DNA from: Podarcis tiliguerta
Lineage: Eukaryota
NCBI GenBank assembly: GCA_965153285.1
Contig: OZ229123.1
Reading direction: 5' to 3' (one strand)
DNA: 64,000 nucleotides
Shown here in pieces: positions 1 through 11,437 of the stretch. Each line of letters starts with the position of its first letter. Within the stretch, counting starts at the first letter, position 1. Made by a program: the position numbers and the translations under genes. A model generated the notes under the pieces. The model made no database searches and was not told the origin of the DNA. It was given only the letters and a program-made list of their open reading frames with translations.

Positions 1-52
1 ACAAGCAGCGTGGCCTGCTCAAGACCAGCACCTTTGAGGAAATAGCCCGGAA
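1..52 (+). CDS. SPG11: Spatacsin, penultimate coding exon (5'-truncated by window edge)
   Basis: Reads KQRGLLKTSTFEEIAR(K), resembling the spatacsin C-terminal region; donor AA|GTGAGT at 53; phase joins the next exon. Confidence 0.9.
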
Positions 53-496
53 GTGAGTCCAAGGGAACCATTTGCAGTCCACTGCTCCCAGTGGGAGACA
101 ATCCCCAAATCAGGCTTTCTATAGAGTCGAGATCCTCACTCTAATCCTTGGCTGAAGGTTGCTGGTTGCAATCCTGCAAGTTGAAATACAAGCAAAGCGG
201 AGAGCTTTTAAGCTCTCTGCTGTGCTTGAGAAGCAGGGCTCACTCCAGAAGGTTCACACAGGAGCGGTTCCAAGGTTTATATATAGGACCCTTGGAACCA
301 ACCCCTCACCCTGGTAAATTGCAGTCATACTGTATGTACTGAAAGAGTTCTCCCTCCACTGGGCACCTTTTTGCGCCAAGGGCAACACCTTTCTCCCCTG
401 CTGCACTTAGGTGGCAGGTAGAAGTGGGATCCTGTCAGAGGGCAGAGTTGGGGGGACGAGGCTTATGTCTAACCCCTCTGTGACCTTCTGTTCCAG

Positions 497-677
497 GTTC
501 AAGCAGCACACAGGCAATGAGCCTGCTCTGAAAAACCTGAAGCGGCTGCTGACCTACTGCGATGACATCTATGTGTATTACAAGCTGGCTTATGACAACC
601 AGTTCAGCGACGTCGTGAACACGCTTCTAAAAGATGCTCAGACAGGTTGTTGTCTGAAGGACCTGCTGGCCAACTAG
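497..677 (+). CDS. SPG11: Spatacsin, last coding exon
   Basis: Acceptor ctgttccag|G; FKQHTGNEPALKNLKRLLTYCDDIYVYYKLAY...LLKDAQTGCCLKDLLAN* matches the spatacsin C-terminus; TAG at 675-677. Confidence 0.95.
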
Positions 678-2196
678 ACGATGCTTGGGAGAAAGAAGAG
701 CCACAGCCATCACTGGTGTTGTAGGAAACTCCAGTCAGTATAGGCAGGGGGTTGTGCAGAAGCGGATACATTTGTTTCAGTATCTGAAACGTGCAACAAT
801 GCGGACGACAGCATTAATCAATGGTATGAAATGGTGAGGAATATTAACCACAGGGTTGGTTTTGAGTTAATTTGACAGTTGAAGTTAGAACTTTTTATTA
901 GGAGAGAGCTTTTCTCTCTGGGAATCCTTTTGTTGAATATAGAGGTTACTTAAAAACTAAGCTGGCTCTTGAAGCTGCAGCTGAGTTTCTGGGTTACAAA
1001 ATGATGAGGGCAGGCTTTCTCTTCGGTAACCTCTCCCCCTTGCATATTGCTGGATGATATGAATATCTGGAGAACCATTTGCTGTCTAAAAATATTTTTT
1101 TGTGCAGATTTAATATTGAGCATATGGTATAAACTTTGCCATACCTGCTTTTCCTTGGTTATGTATAATTTAATGTTCTCAAAGTATTTCGGGTACAAGG
1201 TAGGTGGAGTGTCATAGAAACTTGGAGGCACTATCTGAGAGTGCTGAGCTCCTCTAACCCTTACGACTCCCGTGCATGAGCTGCTCTTGCTCATTTCTGC
1301 AAAGCTGTTCCTTACCCAACACCAGTGCCCAGCTTTTACTATCTTTCAGAATGAGCGTCAACAACAGTGGCAACAGTAGGAAGGTAGTTAAATGAGGAGT
1401 GTTTATAGAAATGGTCTTCCAATGTTTCTGTTACTCATGTTTTGCTGTGTTTCTAAAGTCACCAATACAGCTTGAGCTATGGTGGTGTATACTTGTGTGA
1501 AGACTACAGAACATTGCAAGGCTCCCTGTAGTTGGGGTATACAGTGAGCCAAAGAAGTTCTTCTGGGGAAAGAAATCTCTGCTTGACTACAATTCTTGCT
1601 TGCTCCTCAAATACATATCAATTTGCAGGGGGAAATCAGAAGTGATAGGAAGAAAGAAAACATGGCAACCTCTTACAGGTTGATGGTTTTTATTGCTTTT
1701 TGGCGAATTAAAATTAAATCTTCCCATAAGCATCTGATTAAATAACAGCCTTTTGACCCTAGAGAGCAGGGGTGGGGAATCTCTGGACATGATCCATTGC
1801 CCCCAAACCATGCCTGCCCACCAGTCTAGTCCCTCACCCTCACCCTGCTTACAGCAAGCCTGCCTAGCATCTCCCCATAGATCCATCCCTCAAATAGCAA
1901 TGGAAAGGAAGAGGGATATGGGTAGGATAAACACTACTAGTTGGCCTCTGACTCTGCCCAAGCAGTCCTACTTCACTCCTCCCTGCTTCTCAGCCCCTTT
2001 GGACTTTTTTTTTTTGGCAGGGATGGAGTTACTGCAGTTCACAAAAACTAAGACATCTGTTAGTCTTCTGTGGTGCCACAAGACTTTATGTCCTGTGATT
2101 AAACACCCTGCAGTGGGCTTGCCCCAATCCAGCAACAGTTCTTGCCCGAAGTGGAAGCACAACCAAACCAAAGCTCTCAGTCCTCACAATAGTGAT

Positions 2197-2202
2197 TTTA
2201 TT
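2197..2202 (-). terminator. Candidate proximal poly(A) signal AATAAA of EIF3J
   Basis: AATAAA on the minus strand about 820 nt after the stop, followed by GT-rich sequence. Confidence 0.55.
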
Positions 2203-3024
2203 AAATTAGTTGCTTTTATAAAACATTGCAGATGTCATAATTGTTAACATAACAATTTACCCAACTGTCGTAACTGTTGCAGTTTGCTAAGCAGGATTCC
2301 TGTAAATGAAAAAAAATGAAAAACAGCAAAGTCTTGTGAGAGCTCAACTAAAGCCACCACAACTTGGTGACAAAGAATTCTCCCAAAGAGTCAGGAAAAA
2401 AATGTGTATAAACTAAACTGCTTAGACTTAAGCCACAAGTTCCCCCCGCCCAATGCAACAGAACCAGCCTCTGTTCTGACCCAAAGAAAGGGTTATTTGC
2501 TGCTTTCAAAAGCTCCAATGTCCAAGTGCAGAATCTTCTCCCTCAGGCCATTTGCCAACCTAATGAAACACCTCAAGCTCTAGTTTAATAGATAAAAGCC
2601 ATTTTTAATACTAAATACACACCATGCCCCCTTGCTGCAAACTGCTTTTGTTGTCTGGGTAGTCAGTGGAAGAGGTACAGTTAAGGCTGTTATGACTAAA
2701 CTGTGCTGGTAAGAATACAATTTTGGCCTTGTTGAAATTAATTAGTTTCCAATTCAGTGCTGCTTCTGCTGCTATGAAGTCAAACATGAACAAAGTTCCA
2801 TTATTTCCTATGATTAAGCAATTGAGCCTCATAATTTTACTCCCTTGGCATCAAGATGGGCATCCCAATGCTTCAGCAGCTGAGTGGCGACAGGCTAACC
2901 CAACAGCACAAATATACTGCCCTTTTTTTGATTGTAGCATTTGGCAGAATTTAAAGGAAAGAAGTTGTGCTACACATTTAAGGGATTATGGGCAACAGAA
3001 AGACAACAGGAGGGAGAAGAAATG

Positions 3025-3156
3025 TCACATGAAGTCTTCAAAGTCTTGTACATAGCCACCGTCATAACCACCATAGTCTGCCAGGTCGTCTTTCATAGTC
3101 GCTTTTAAACCACCACCTGGCACCACCCCCTTTTTCTTCTTTTTGGCTTTGTTTTG
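3025..3156 (-). CDS. EIF3J: eIF3j exon 8 (last)
   Basis: Acceptor ttcccgcag|; QNKAKKKKKGVVPGGGLKATMKDDLADYGGYDGGYVQDFEDFM*. Confidence 0.96.
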   Translation of the reverse strand, partial: QNKAKKKKKGVVPGGGLKATMKDDLADYGGYDGGYVQDFEDFM

Positions 3157-3319
3157 CTGCGGGAAAGACAGAAGCAGTTTAGGAAGGGAACAATAAAGCC
3201 CAGCCTCAGCATTCCTACCCTCAGTTAGTGAAAAGAGAACAGCACTTTCTATATACACAGACTATGATTTATTTATTTCGTTGTCCCCGAAGGGGGGCAA
3301 TGACAATAAAGATATTAAT

Positions 3320-3351
<32 letters not shown>

Positions 3352-5860
3352 AAATTTCATGCAGTTTATATGCCACTAGATTCTTAAAAACAAACCCACC
3401 ACCCGCAAAGCAGTTTACAAATAAAAGAATGGCCATTGCCTGAATTTTCTCTCATGGAGAAAGAGTTAGTCAATCACAGTATTCCGTACCATCTACTGAC
3501 TATGTGTGTACAGTATTGTGTTTCACCAGAAAAATTTATGGATTTAACTAGGCAACGAGAATTGAGAAACTGAACACATTAAACATGGCAATCTCGGGAT
3601 ACTTCAGCAAAGGTATTGCAAAGATGCACATGGTAAGAGGGAGATGGCAAAGAGTTCTAGCATCAATGCTTCCATTTAGATCATACAACCCTCCCCTGAT
3701 CTGGCATGGTCCAGATGTATGGAACTACAGCTCCCATAATCCTGAGCCATTGGGACTGAGGGGGACTTGGGCGTCCGACCACACCTGAAGGGCACCCAAT
3801 TGGGGAAAGTTCGATTAGCAACTTAGAAAGGTGTAAGAACTGAATGCTACCACAGTCACTAGAAAGAAGCATTCTACAGACGCTCAGCATCACCTAGAGC
3901 AGGGGTCAGCAACCTAAGGCCCATGGGCAGGAAGCAGCCCACAGAGGTTGTTTGACCAGCCCACGATCTGCCCCCGAACCCAGTTGCCTGACCACTGTGC
4001 TAAACTGGATCAGCACGGGAACTCGCTTCCGCAGTGCCGGAAATCACATCTGCGCACGTGTGCAATCCGGCCCAGGCAAGATAAACCTTGCTGACCCCTG
4101 ACCTAGAGGGCACCCAAAACAAACATTCTCAGAGGAAAATTGCTCAAGACGTACCTTCTCTTGTTTCTGCTTCTCGCTGCATAGCACTGTCAAGGAATTT
4201 GTGATCTTTTTCAAGTCATCAACTTCCACTAAATTGGAAATAAAAGCACAGTAAGGATGGTCATTCATATGGCTTTCCAAGCACTGGAACCAGTTTGTTT
4301 CTCTTACTGAATAATGGGATTCCTATTTACAAAACAAGTGTGGCATTTTAGATCTCCACAGGAAGCCCCTTTCAGAAAAAAATGCTTCAGACGGAATGGA
4401 AAGAAGCCAAGGGAAAGAAGGGCTGAAGCTTACTAGCAAAGCATTGTGGGTGTTCAGATGCTTGTGGCCACAGGTTCAGCCGCTGCCATCTCCAGGTTAC
4501 AAGCATCTCAAATGCAGAGCTGAAAAAGACCCCTCTGCCAAGCAGGGTAGACAGCCCTGGGTCAATATTCCCAGGTCAAGGCGGCTCTTCCTTGTACTGC
4601 TTGTAAGTGGAAAACAGGAGACAGATGAAATAAGCAATTGCTCACAAGCTCTCACATCTCTGAAAGGAAAACCCGTCAAGTCTCCCCCTTGGGGAGGCCG
4701 CCCAGCTGCTGTGACAGAGATACAAAGGACAAGGCTGATCATAGTGGCACAACCCAATCATAGAAAATATTTTAGGTGGTCATGTTGGTCCAGTAAATAG
4801 AGATTATAATCCCAAAAACCCTCAGGCAGTGCCGATTAGGACTAACTAAAATGCCACAAGGATGCTGACTGTTACATAAAACAGCAAAACCGAGTAGAAG
4901 GGGAGCCAAGTGCAAAATAAGTCACAAAAATGCCCAAAGTGCTGCAGTTTGTAACAGTCTTCAGATGGAGCACAGGACATATTATACAGACTAAGAACAC
5001 CAGTTTAACCCCACCTGACCACCCAGCCTCTCCCAATTGATCCCCATTTTATCTCTTCCACATGTTTAGAAGAAGAGTAGAGTGCAAATTTGTGATAAAC
5101 ATACTTACATGAAATACATACATCTCGAACTAATGCTTCCAAAAAACCAGCATAATATAGGGATTTCTCATACTGTGTTATTTTCTCTTTTAACAATTTG
5201 CCGAACTCCGTGAAGTCATCTTTGGAAGATGGATTCATGGCATCTATTCCACACGTGCTATTTACACCTGTAGAAAGAACAGCCAATTGATCAAAGTGGT
5301 GTTGGAGACAGGGTGGCAAAAATCATTTACATTTCTGTGGTGCCCAGAAGTGAGGGGCAAACCCACCCACCCCAAGTATCAGGCTCCCTGGTGGCAAATA
5401 TGACAAGAGAACATCCTTGTGTATTCCATACATGTCCCCGCAGCAGGCTCTTAACCCTTACCAAAGGTTTCTTTTGCTAACTCAAGGTCTGCCTCTTCTT
5501 GCAATTTCTGCAGCCGTAGTTTGTCTGCTAACTGTTCTTCTGGCGTAAGTTCTTTAGATTCTTCCGATTCCTCTAACTTGAAAGAAGTAACAAAATCAAG
5601 ATCAATTACATGCAGCAGCTCTTTTGTCAATGCTGCTTAGTAAACTAAATATGGAAGCCAATGTGGGTTTTAGAAAGCTTGGCATTCACATAGTGAGCAA
5701 ACAATGGGAATATTTTGGATCTTTACTTTAATGTCCTTACATGAACACCCGCCCTAGAAAAAAAATTTGACCACTTAGTTGAGCATGCCAGGGTACCACA
5801 AACAGGTTTAACTCTTGCTTTATTCAACTATATTTAAAAAAGTGAAACTTCAAAAATAAT

Positions 5861-5898
<38 letters not shown>

Positions 5899-8800
5899 AC
5901 AACATAGCAAAAATTGCAGAGTCTAGTATGAAACAAAAAGTTTTTTTTAATCCCCCAGCTGCTACTAGAAATGGATAGTCATGGGAGACTGTAATAACAC
6001 TGCTTCTTTAGGGTCAAATTGACCGCCCCCCTTTTTTTTGCACAAGTTAGCTTTTCAGTCAGTCATTTGTGTCCATCACTAGGCACAACAATGATGAAAA
6101 ACAAGATAAAATACCTCTAAAGCAGGCATAGGCAAACTCTGCCCTTCAGATGTTTTGGGACTACAACTCCCATCATCCCTGACCACTGGTCCTGTTAGCT
6201 AGGGATGATGGGAGTTGTAGTCCCAAAACATCTGGAGGGCAGAGTTTGCCTATCCCTCCAAACACCCCTTCCATCCTTACTGGAGCCTGGGAAGAGGCCT
6301 CAGAATCTAGATGGGCCCTTTGAAGACCCACAAGACCCCTGTAGTGCTCAGGGTGGTCATCCCTATTTACCCAGTGTGACAGCTGGCTGTTATGAATTTT
6401 TTTTGCAGTTTTTGATTTCTTCTGCTAGCTTGATTGTTGTCTTAAAAAACACTTTCCTTTGCAATTATAATCAAGTTTGCCGGTACTTTCTGTTGTTGTG
6501 ATTGGTCTTTAAGTAAGATACAACACTACAAATCCCAGCAGCAAAATCAAGGGCCTTCCCCTCAGAGAAGTCATGTTCACCTGGGGAGTTGGAGGGTGCC
6601 TCTCAAAGTTAACCTCACCAGGTGATCTACATACAAGCAGAGGGAACTGATTTGGGGCAGCTACGCATGTAGCAACTCACTCAAAGCAGCAACAACTGGA
6701 GCAGCTCAGTGTGACCTCATGGGACAAACTCGGAACATCCAGACAAAGATCTGACTGTGTGGATAGAGCTGGCCTTTGGTAACTCAGATAAGTATTCCCC
6801 ACCCCCAGCTCTTTGACATCCCCATAGGCAAAGGCTATTGGGACTCACTCCTTAACAAATCAAAAGGGCAGGTAAAACTGAATCAAGGCACTGAAATTTA
6901 TCTGGTGCATGAAGTAGGATCTCCACCCTCTCCTATCTCAGAAATGCCTTACCCTTTTTTTAATCTCCTCTTGCTTTTTCTTCTGCAGTTTTTCCCTCTC
7001 TTTTATTTTTTCTGCTATTTTCTTCTTTTCTGAAACTTTGGGTTCTGCAAACAGGGCACAACATTATTTCCTTCCATTTTATTTTTCAGTGCTAAGGATT
7101 CAGAACAAGAACTACTACCCACACATCATCCATAGGTATCCAATCCCATCTGCAGGAAACATGCATGAGGCTGCCCAAGCCACAACCAGCATCCTCCTGC
7201 CCCACAAAAGGAGCAGAGTCCCCCTCCCCCGCCATATTTCTCACCTGTCTTTACATCCGCCTCCTTTTCTTCTTCTTCTTCCTCATCATCCCAATTATCC
7301 TAGATGGGGGAAAGAGTAGGTAGGACTGGTTGTCAGCAATCACACCCAATGCAGCAGCCCCTGACCCCAACACTAGATCCTTTTTCAAATAATTCAATGC
7401 TGTCTTTGGAACTGGAGTGGATAACTTGGTACCAGGGCTTACCACTGAAGCGGCCAGGTATATTTCCACCACTTCAGATCACTGAGGCCTTATGCAAGGG
7501 AAGTTGGCAGAATTATGACACTGCTCTTTAAGAGTCTCACTGCTCCCACCCTTAAGAGTTACAGGAACAGAGAGATGGACTCTCAACTAAGGCCAAGCTC
7601 AGCCAGCAGGCTGGCTTCCTTTATGACCCACTCAAAGAATGTTTTTCCAAGGACAAAAGAAAGTTTTCCTTGGAAAATGAGAAACATTCCCACAGTGTAA
7701 AAAGCTATAGAATTTCACCCTGTGTGGATGCTGTTCCAGGGAGGAGCCCTCAACTGGAGCGCTAAAGCCAGCCATCAGCTGCTTAGCTATTTCCACCAAA
7801 GACATCTTAAGACAGCTAATATATTGAGCTAATATAGGTGCTGCAAGAAGGCATCTCTGCATCTCACTGGAGCCAGCTCAGCCGCAGACTCGGGTCCTTC
7901 CGGCCTTGAAGAATTGCAACAAAGCATCAGACTTAATTGCTAACTCCAAGTAGCACACTTTAATTACCAACATAAGTGAAAAACAAGAGGGGAGGAACTG
8001 GACTTCCCAGTCCAGAGTGCTTTGCTCACCCGGCAAGTGCCAGAACACAAGAGTTCTGCCTGGAGCTGCAGCTCCAACACATGGCGCATTGGCTCAGCAG
8101 TGTCCCTCATAGCACAGCTGGATCATCTTCCCTTGCACGCTAGTCTTTCAGTCTGCAACTAACAATAAAACACGAACTGCCTTCCCTGCCTGGAAGTTCT
8201 TACTTGCTGCAGGCAGCCAAAGTAGTGGCTATTTACAAACCTGTTTTTGAAACAGTAGCAAGGGAGGCTCCTATTTCCATTCATGGGGAAACTTTTTCAA
8301 CAACAGCAATGATTTACAAGTTACTCATCTCTGCATCCTTGAAAAACCCACTCTGTGTGGATAGAGACCAACTTATCTTTTGCAAATAACGTTTCTGACA
8401 AAATATACAAGTGTCAACAGATATTTGAAGTATAAGCCAAGGAAACTGAATGTGGCTATTTTTACCCGCAGGGATTATGACACACATCAGGCAGTCACTC
8501 ATCTCCCACAAGTAAACTAGTGTGCCTGGCTATATTCTAGGGACAGGCCCTCTGACATCCCACTTCCAGAGTCTAGCTTCTCAGCAGCAACCCTACAAGC
8601 AGCTACACCCTCTGCCTGGCTTGACACACCTCCATGCCCAGGGATGATAAGGGAAAGACTGAACATATGGCCCTGCCCCAAGTCCATTTGCTACCCTGAT
8701 ACAACCATGGCTGTAGCCCCAGAAAAACAAAACAAATTCATGACAGTTATTCCAGCTCTAAGAATATGATCACTATAGAAATAAACTATATATAGACAAT

Positions 8801-10498
8801 ATGCTAATTCTGAAAGAATCTGGCAAGGTAGCTGCATCAGAGAAAGCTAACAGAAACTAGAAGAGACTCAAACATGAACCATCAACAGGGTTATTAACTC
8901 ACATTAAAACTTCCATCAGAACACCAAAGTTTGTGCCCCAAGATGACAGACATGGACAATGTTACTGTTCAGTTGTTTTAAGAGAATCCAAAAATATATT
9001 AAAAACTCTTCCATCATTAAGAATTTTAGCATGTCCATGATTTTTGTTGGAGACAAATCCAGTAAGAATGGCTTGATCAATTGGAAATATCTCCCTCTCA
9101 AACACTGCACTGTTCCCCAGCTTTCTGTTATTAAGCCCCTTGCTACATCACAGAAAGGTACAGTTGCCTGACAAGTTTTATTTCATGATTTGCCTTGTCT
9201 GCTTTTAAGGGGAAATCTACAAAACTCAACAAGAACCTTGCCTGAAAGATACTAAACCTATTTCATGTTCTTAGGGTAACCTGAAGTCCGAACCAGCTTG
9301 ATTCAAACTACCTATTTCACCTGCCTAGGCACCAGTGTAATGTTACCTGGTGTAGGAGATGGTAGCTGCTCCCACCTTTATGCCCTTCCCCTTCATGATC
9401 TCACACTCTTTCCAAAACATATAGTAATTAGATAATGACTGGTCAGCGGGCAGCTACATTGGGTAATCCCACCTGCCTTTCTCTCTGCAGGCTGTGAGCA
9501 AGGGAGGCCCCACAGCCTAAGCCAAGAAACGGAGCCAGCCAGCTGCAAGCAAGAGAAGCAGGACTTGACAACAAGAGATCTCAAGTCCATAGAAAAAAGC
9601 GGGGTGCCTTACAATGGTGACCCCTACCAGCGGGGCCATATAGACCTTGCTGAGATCTCCTTGGGCCCGCTCTCCCCTCCCCACATACATACAGGCAGCG
9701 TAAAGCATTTGGCCATGGCGGTGCCACATGCCCCAGGGCCAAATCCTGCCCTAGATGAGCAAGTGCCAAAGCCGAGCCCGCCACAACCAAGTCCCACGCG
9801 GCGGGGCCAACTTCCAGATCGACTGAGATCCACGTCCGGGGCTCCCTGGAACGACTGGCAAGGGGGCGCCGAGGGGCCGCGCTGGCCGCGGCCCCGGCAC
9901 CTGTTGGGCCGCCACATGGCAGAAGCGGAAGCGGCCCAGCAGGCGGCGGCCTGAGCAGCCCCCCCCCCCATTACATACAGGATCCTTTCCTGCTGAGTCA
10001 TCAGCCCCTTTCCCGAGCCGGAGGGAGACGCAGCCCGAGAGGGAGGAGACCCAGCTCGACATATGGAGGGCCGCGGAGGAAGGACGGGGAGGCAGTTCCA
10101 ACACGCTCCCCCCCCCCGCCCTGTTCCCGCTCGGAGAAGAAGACCCCCCCCAATCCGCTTCCAAGTCCCCACCCCTGTCGCGGGGGGAGGCAGAGGCGTC
10201 TCCATAGCGACCGGGCCTACAAGGGGCCGGGAGGGGAGAAGCTGCCCACCTTGACGTCGTCGTCCTCGTCCTCGCCGGCCCATCGATCCACCACCACCCC
10301 GGCCGGCGTGGGTAGGAGCCGCCTGGCCACGGGGTCCGGCGCCTCGAAGGAGTCCACGTCTGTGGCGGGAGAAGGAGGGAAAGCGGCGTCAGCGGACGGC
10401 GCTGGGCCGAGGGGGAGGGGGAGGGAGGGAGCAAGACGCGCCGCTGGGCCGGACTAGGCCGGGCCGGACTTACCCCAGGAGTCCGCCTCGGCCGCCAT
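3025..10498 (-). CDS. EIF3J: Eukaryotic translation initiation factor 3 subunit J, whole gene (8 coding exons, 253 aa)
   Basis: Exons of 25+110+55+92+115+159+74+132=762 nt join in frame through GT-AG introns; MAAEADSWD...YGGYDGGYVQDFEDFM*. Confidence 0.97.
3316..3352. repeat. (AAT)n microsatellite
   Basis: Seen directly. Confidence 0.9.
3900..4100. mobile_element. Non-autonomous hAT element (MITE)
   Basis: TIRs CAGGGGTCAGCAA/TTGCTGACCCCTG; perfect 8-bp TSD ACCTAGAG at 3892-3899 and 4101-4108. Confidence 0.9.
4155..4228 (-). CDS. EIF3J: eIF3j exon 7
   Basis: (L)EVDDLKKITNSLTVLCSEKQKQEK; tttag| and |GTACGT. Confidence 0.95.
5109..5267 (-). CDS. EIF3J: eIF3j exon 6
   Basis: GVNSTCGIDAMNPSSKDDFTEFGKLLKEKITQYEKSLYYAGFLEALVRDVCIS; tacag| and |GTAAGT. 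Confidence 0.95.
5462..5576 (-). CDS. EIF3J: eIF3j exon 5
   Basis: LEESEESKELTPEEQLADKLRLQKLQEEADLELAKETF; ttcaag| and |GTAAGG. Confidence 0.95.
5864..5895. repeat. (AT)n microsatellite
   Basis: Seen directly. Confidence 0.95.
6123..6258. mobile_element. Palindromic MITE-like squamate repeat
   Basis: 53-bp inverted arms (6128-6180 and 6201-6253) with 1 mismatch; degenerate relatives near 3710-3810, 12380-12560, 21060-21180 and 55425-55540. Confidence 0.8.
6953..7044 (-). CDS. EIF3J: eIF3j exon 4
   Basis: EPKVSEKKKIAEKIKEREKLQKKKQEEIKKR; tgcag| and |GTAAGG. Confidence 0.95.
7245..7299 (-). CDS. EIF3J: eIF3j exon 3
   Basis: DNWDDEEEEEEKEADVKT (acidic region with the conserved Trp); ctag| and |GTGAGA. 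Confidence 0.94.
10250..10359 (-). CDS. EIF3J: eIF3j exon 2
   Basis: DVDSFEAPDPVARRLLPTPAGVVVDRWAGEDEDDDVK; cacag| and |GTGGGC. Confidence 0.92.
10474..10498 (-). CDS. EIF3J: eIF3j exon 1, coding part
   Basis: aagATGGCGGCC, MAAEADSW, donor G|GTAAGT at 10473. Confidence 0.92.
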
Positions 10499-11145
10499 CT
10501 TGCCCGCTTGCTCGCTCAGGCCAGTCAGGCAAGCGGGAGGGAGGAGGAGAAGTAGGCGTCAGCCGCGCGGAGCATGCCGGGATGGAGGAGGTGGAGTGGA
10601 GCAATGGGCGGAACTTCCCGCCGACCCGCTCCGCCCCCTCGCAAACCCCGACGGCGACGTTGGCCATAGATTTACTAAAAAGGTGACTTGAGCGCGGGGA
10701 CCCAGCTTCCGGCTCTGTTTAGGCCGGATAGGAGTTGCCGCCTGTTACCCGAAAAAGCAGAGGAGGGAGAAGCAGTGTCTCTGCAGACTCCCGGCCGCCG
10801 CCTTGACATTCATTTATTCTACGGGTGAGAAAAACAGCCCCAGACCTCATGGTTTACGCGCTGACACACTCACGGCGCAAAAGCGAAAGGGGTTGCAGGG
10901 CGGAGATCGGGGAAGCGGAGCAGCCTCAGGCCCTGGAATTCTTGGCATGGCCAGCTTGGGGGAGGCAGAACAACTAAGCAGAGGCGGCGGCAAAAGTTGC
11001 TGGTAGGGAGGCCCTGCGCTCCAAGTGCAATGTCTGCGGGTGGCTGACCCTTGAGGGGGGAGCCCGTGGAGTTTATTCCATGCGGCCTCTCCCAACTTGC
11101 TGCCTTCCAACTTCCAGCAGCCCCCCAGCCTGGGCCGCCATGGGA

Positions 11146-11437
11146 TATCATAGAACTGCAGGGAGTTGGAAGGGACCCCGAGTCATCTAGTCCAACCCCG
11201 CGCAATGCAAGAATCACAGCTAAATAATTCCTGACAACCGCTACTTAAAAACCCCCTATCAAGGTGAGGCCACCACTTTCTGAGGAAGCCCGTTCCACTG
11301 TCCCAACAGTTCTTGCAGAAAGCTCCTCCTAATGTTTAGTCACAATCTCCTTTCTTGTCATTTGAATTCATTGGTTCAGGTCCTCCACTCTAGAGCAGCA
11401 GAAAACAAGTTTGCTCCATATTCCATGAGACAGCCCA
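11146..11437 (-). mobile_element. CR1 LINE 3' fragment
   Basis: ATCATAGAA...GTTGGAAGGGACC...TCATCTAGTCCAACCCC, the typical CR1 3' end read antisense. Confidence 0.75.

Larger units (their letters stand above)
9750..10950. promoter_or_regulatory. CpG island / EIF3J promoter (approximate limits)
   Basis: CpG- and GC-rich stretch covering exons 1-2; GGGCGG and TTCCCGCC (Sp1/E2F-like) near 10606-10622; ETS-like CTTCCGG near 10706. Confidence 0.85.

Noticed and set aside
9565-10691. Long overlapping ORFs (up to 227 aa) around the EIF3J 5' end
   Set aside because: Stop-poor CpG-island sequence; the real exons 1-2 explain the locus
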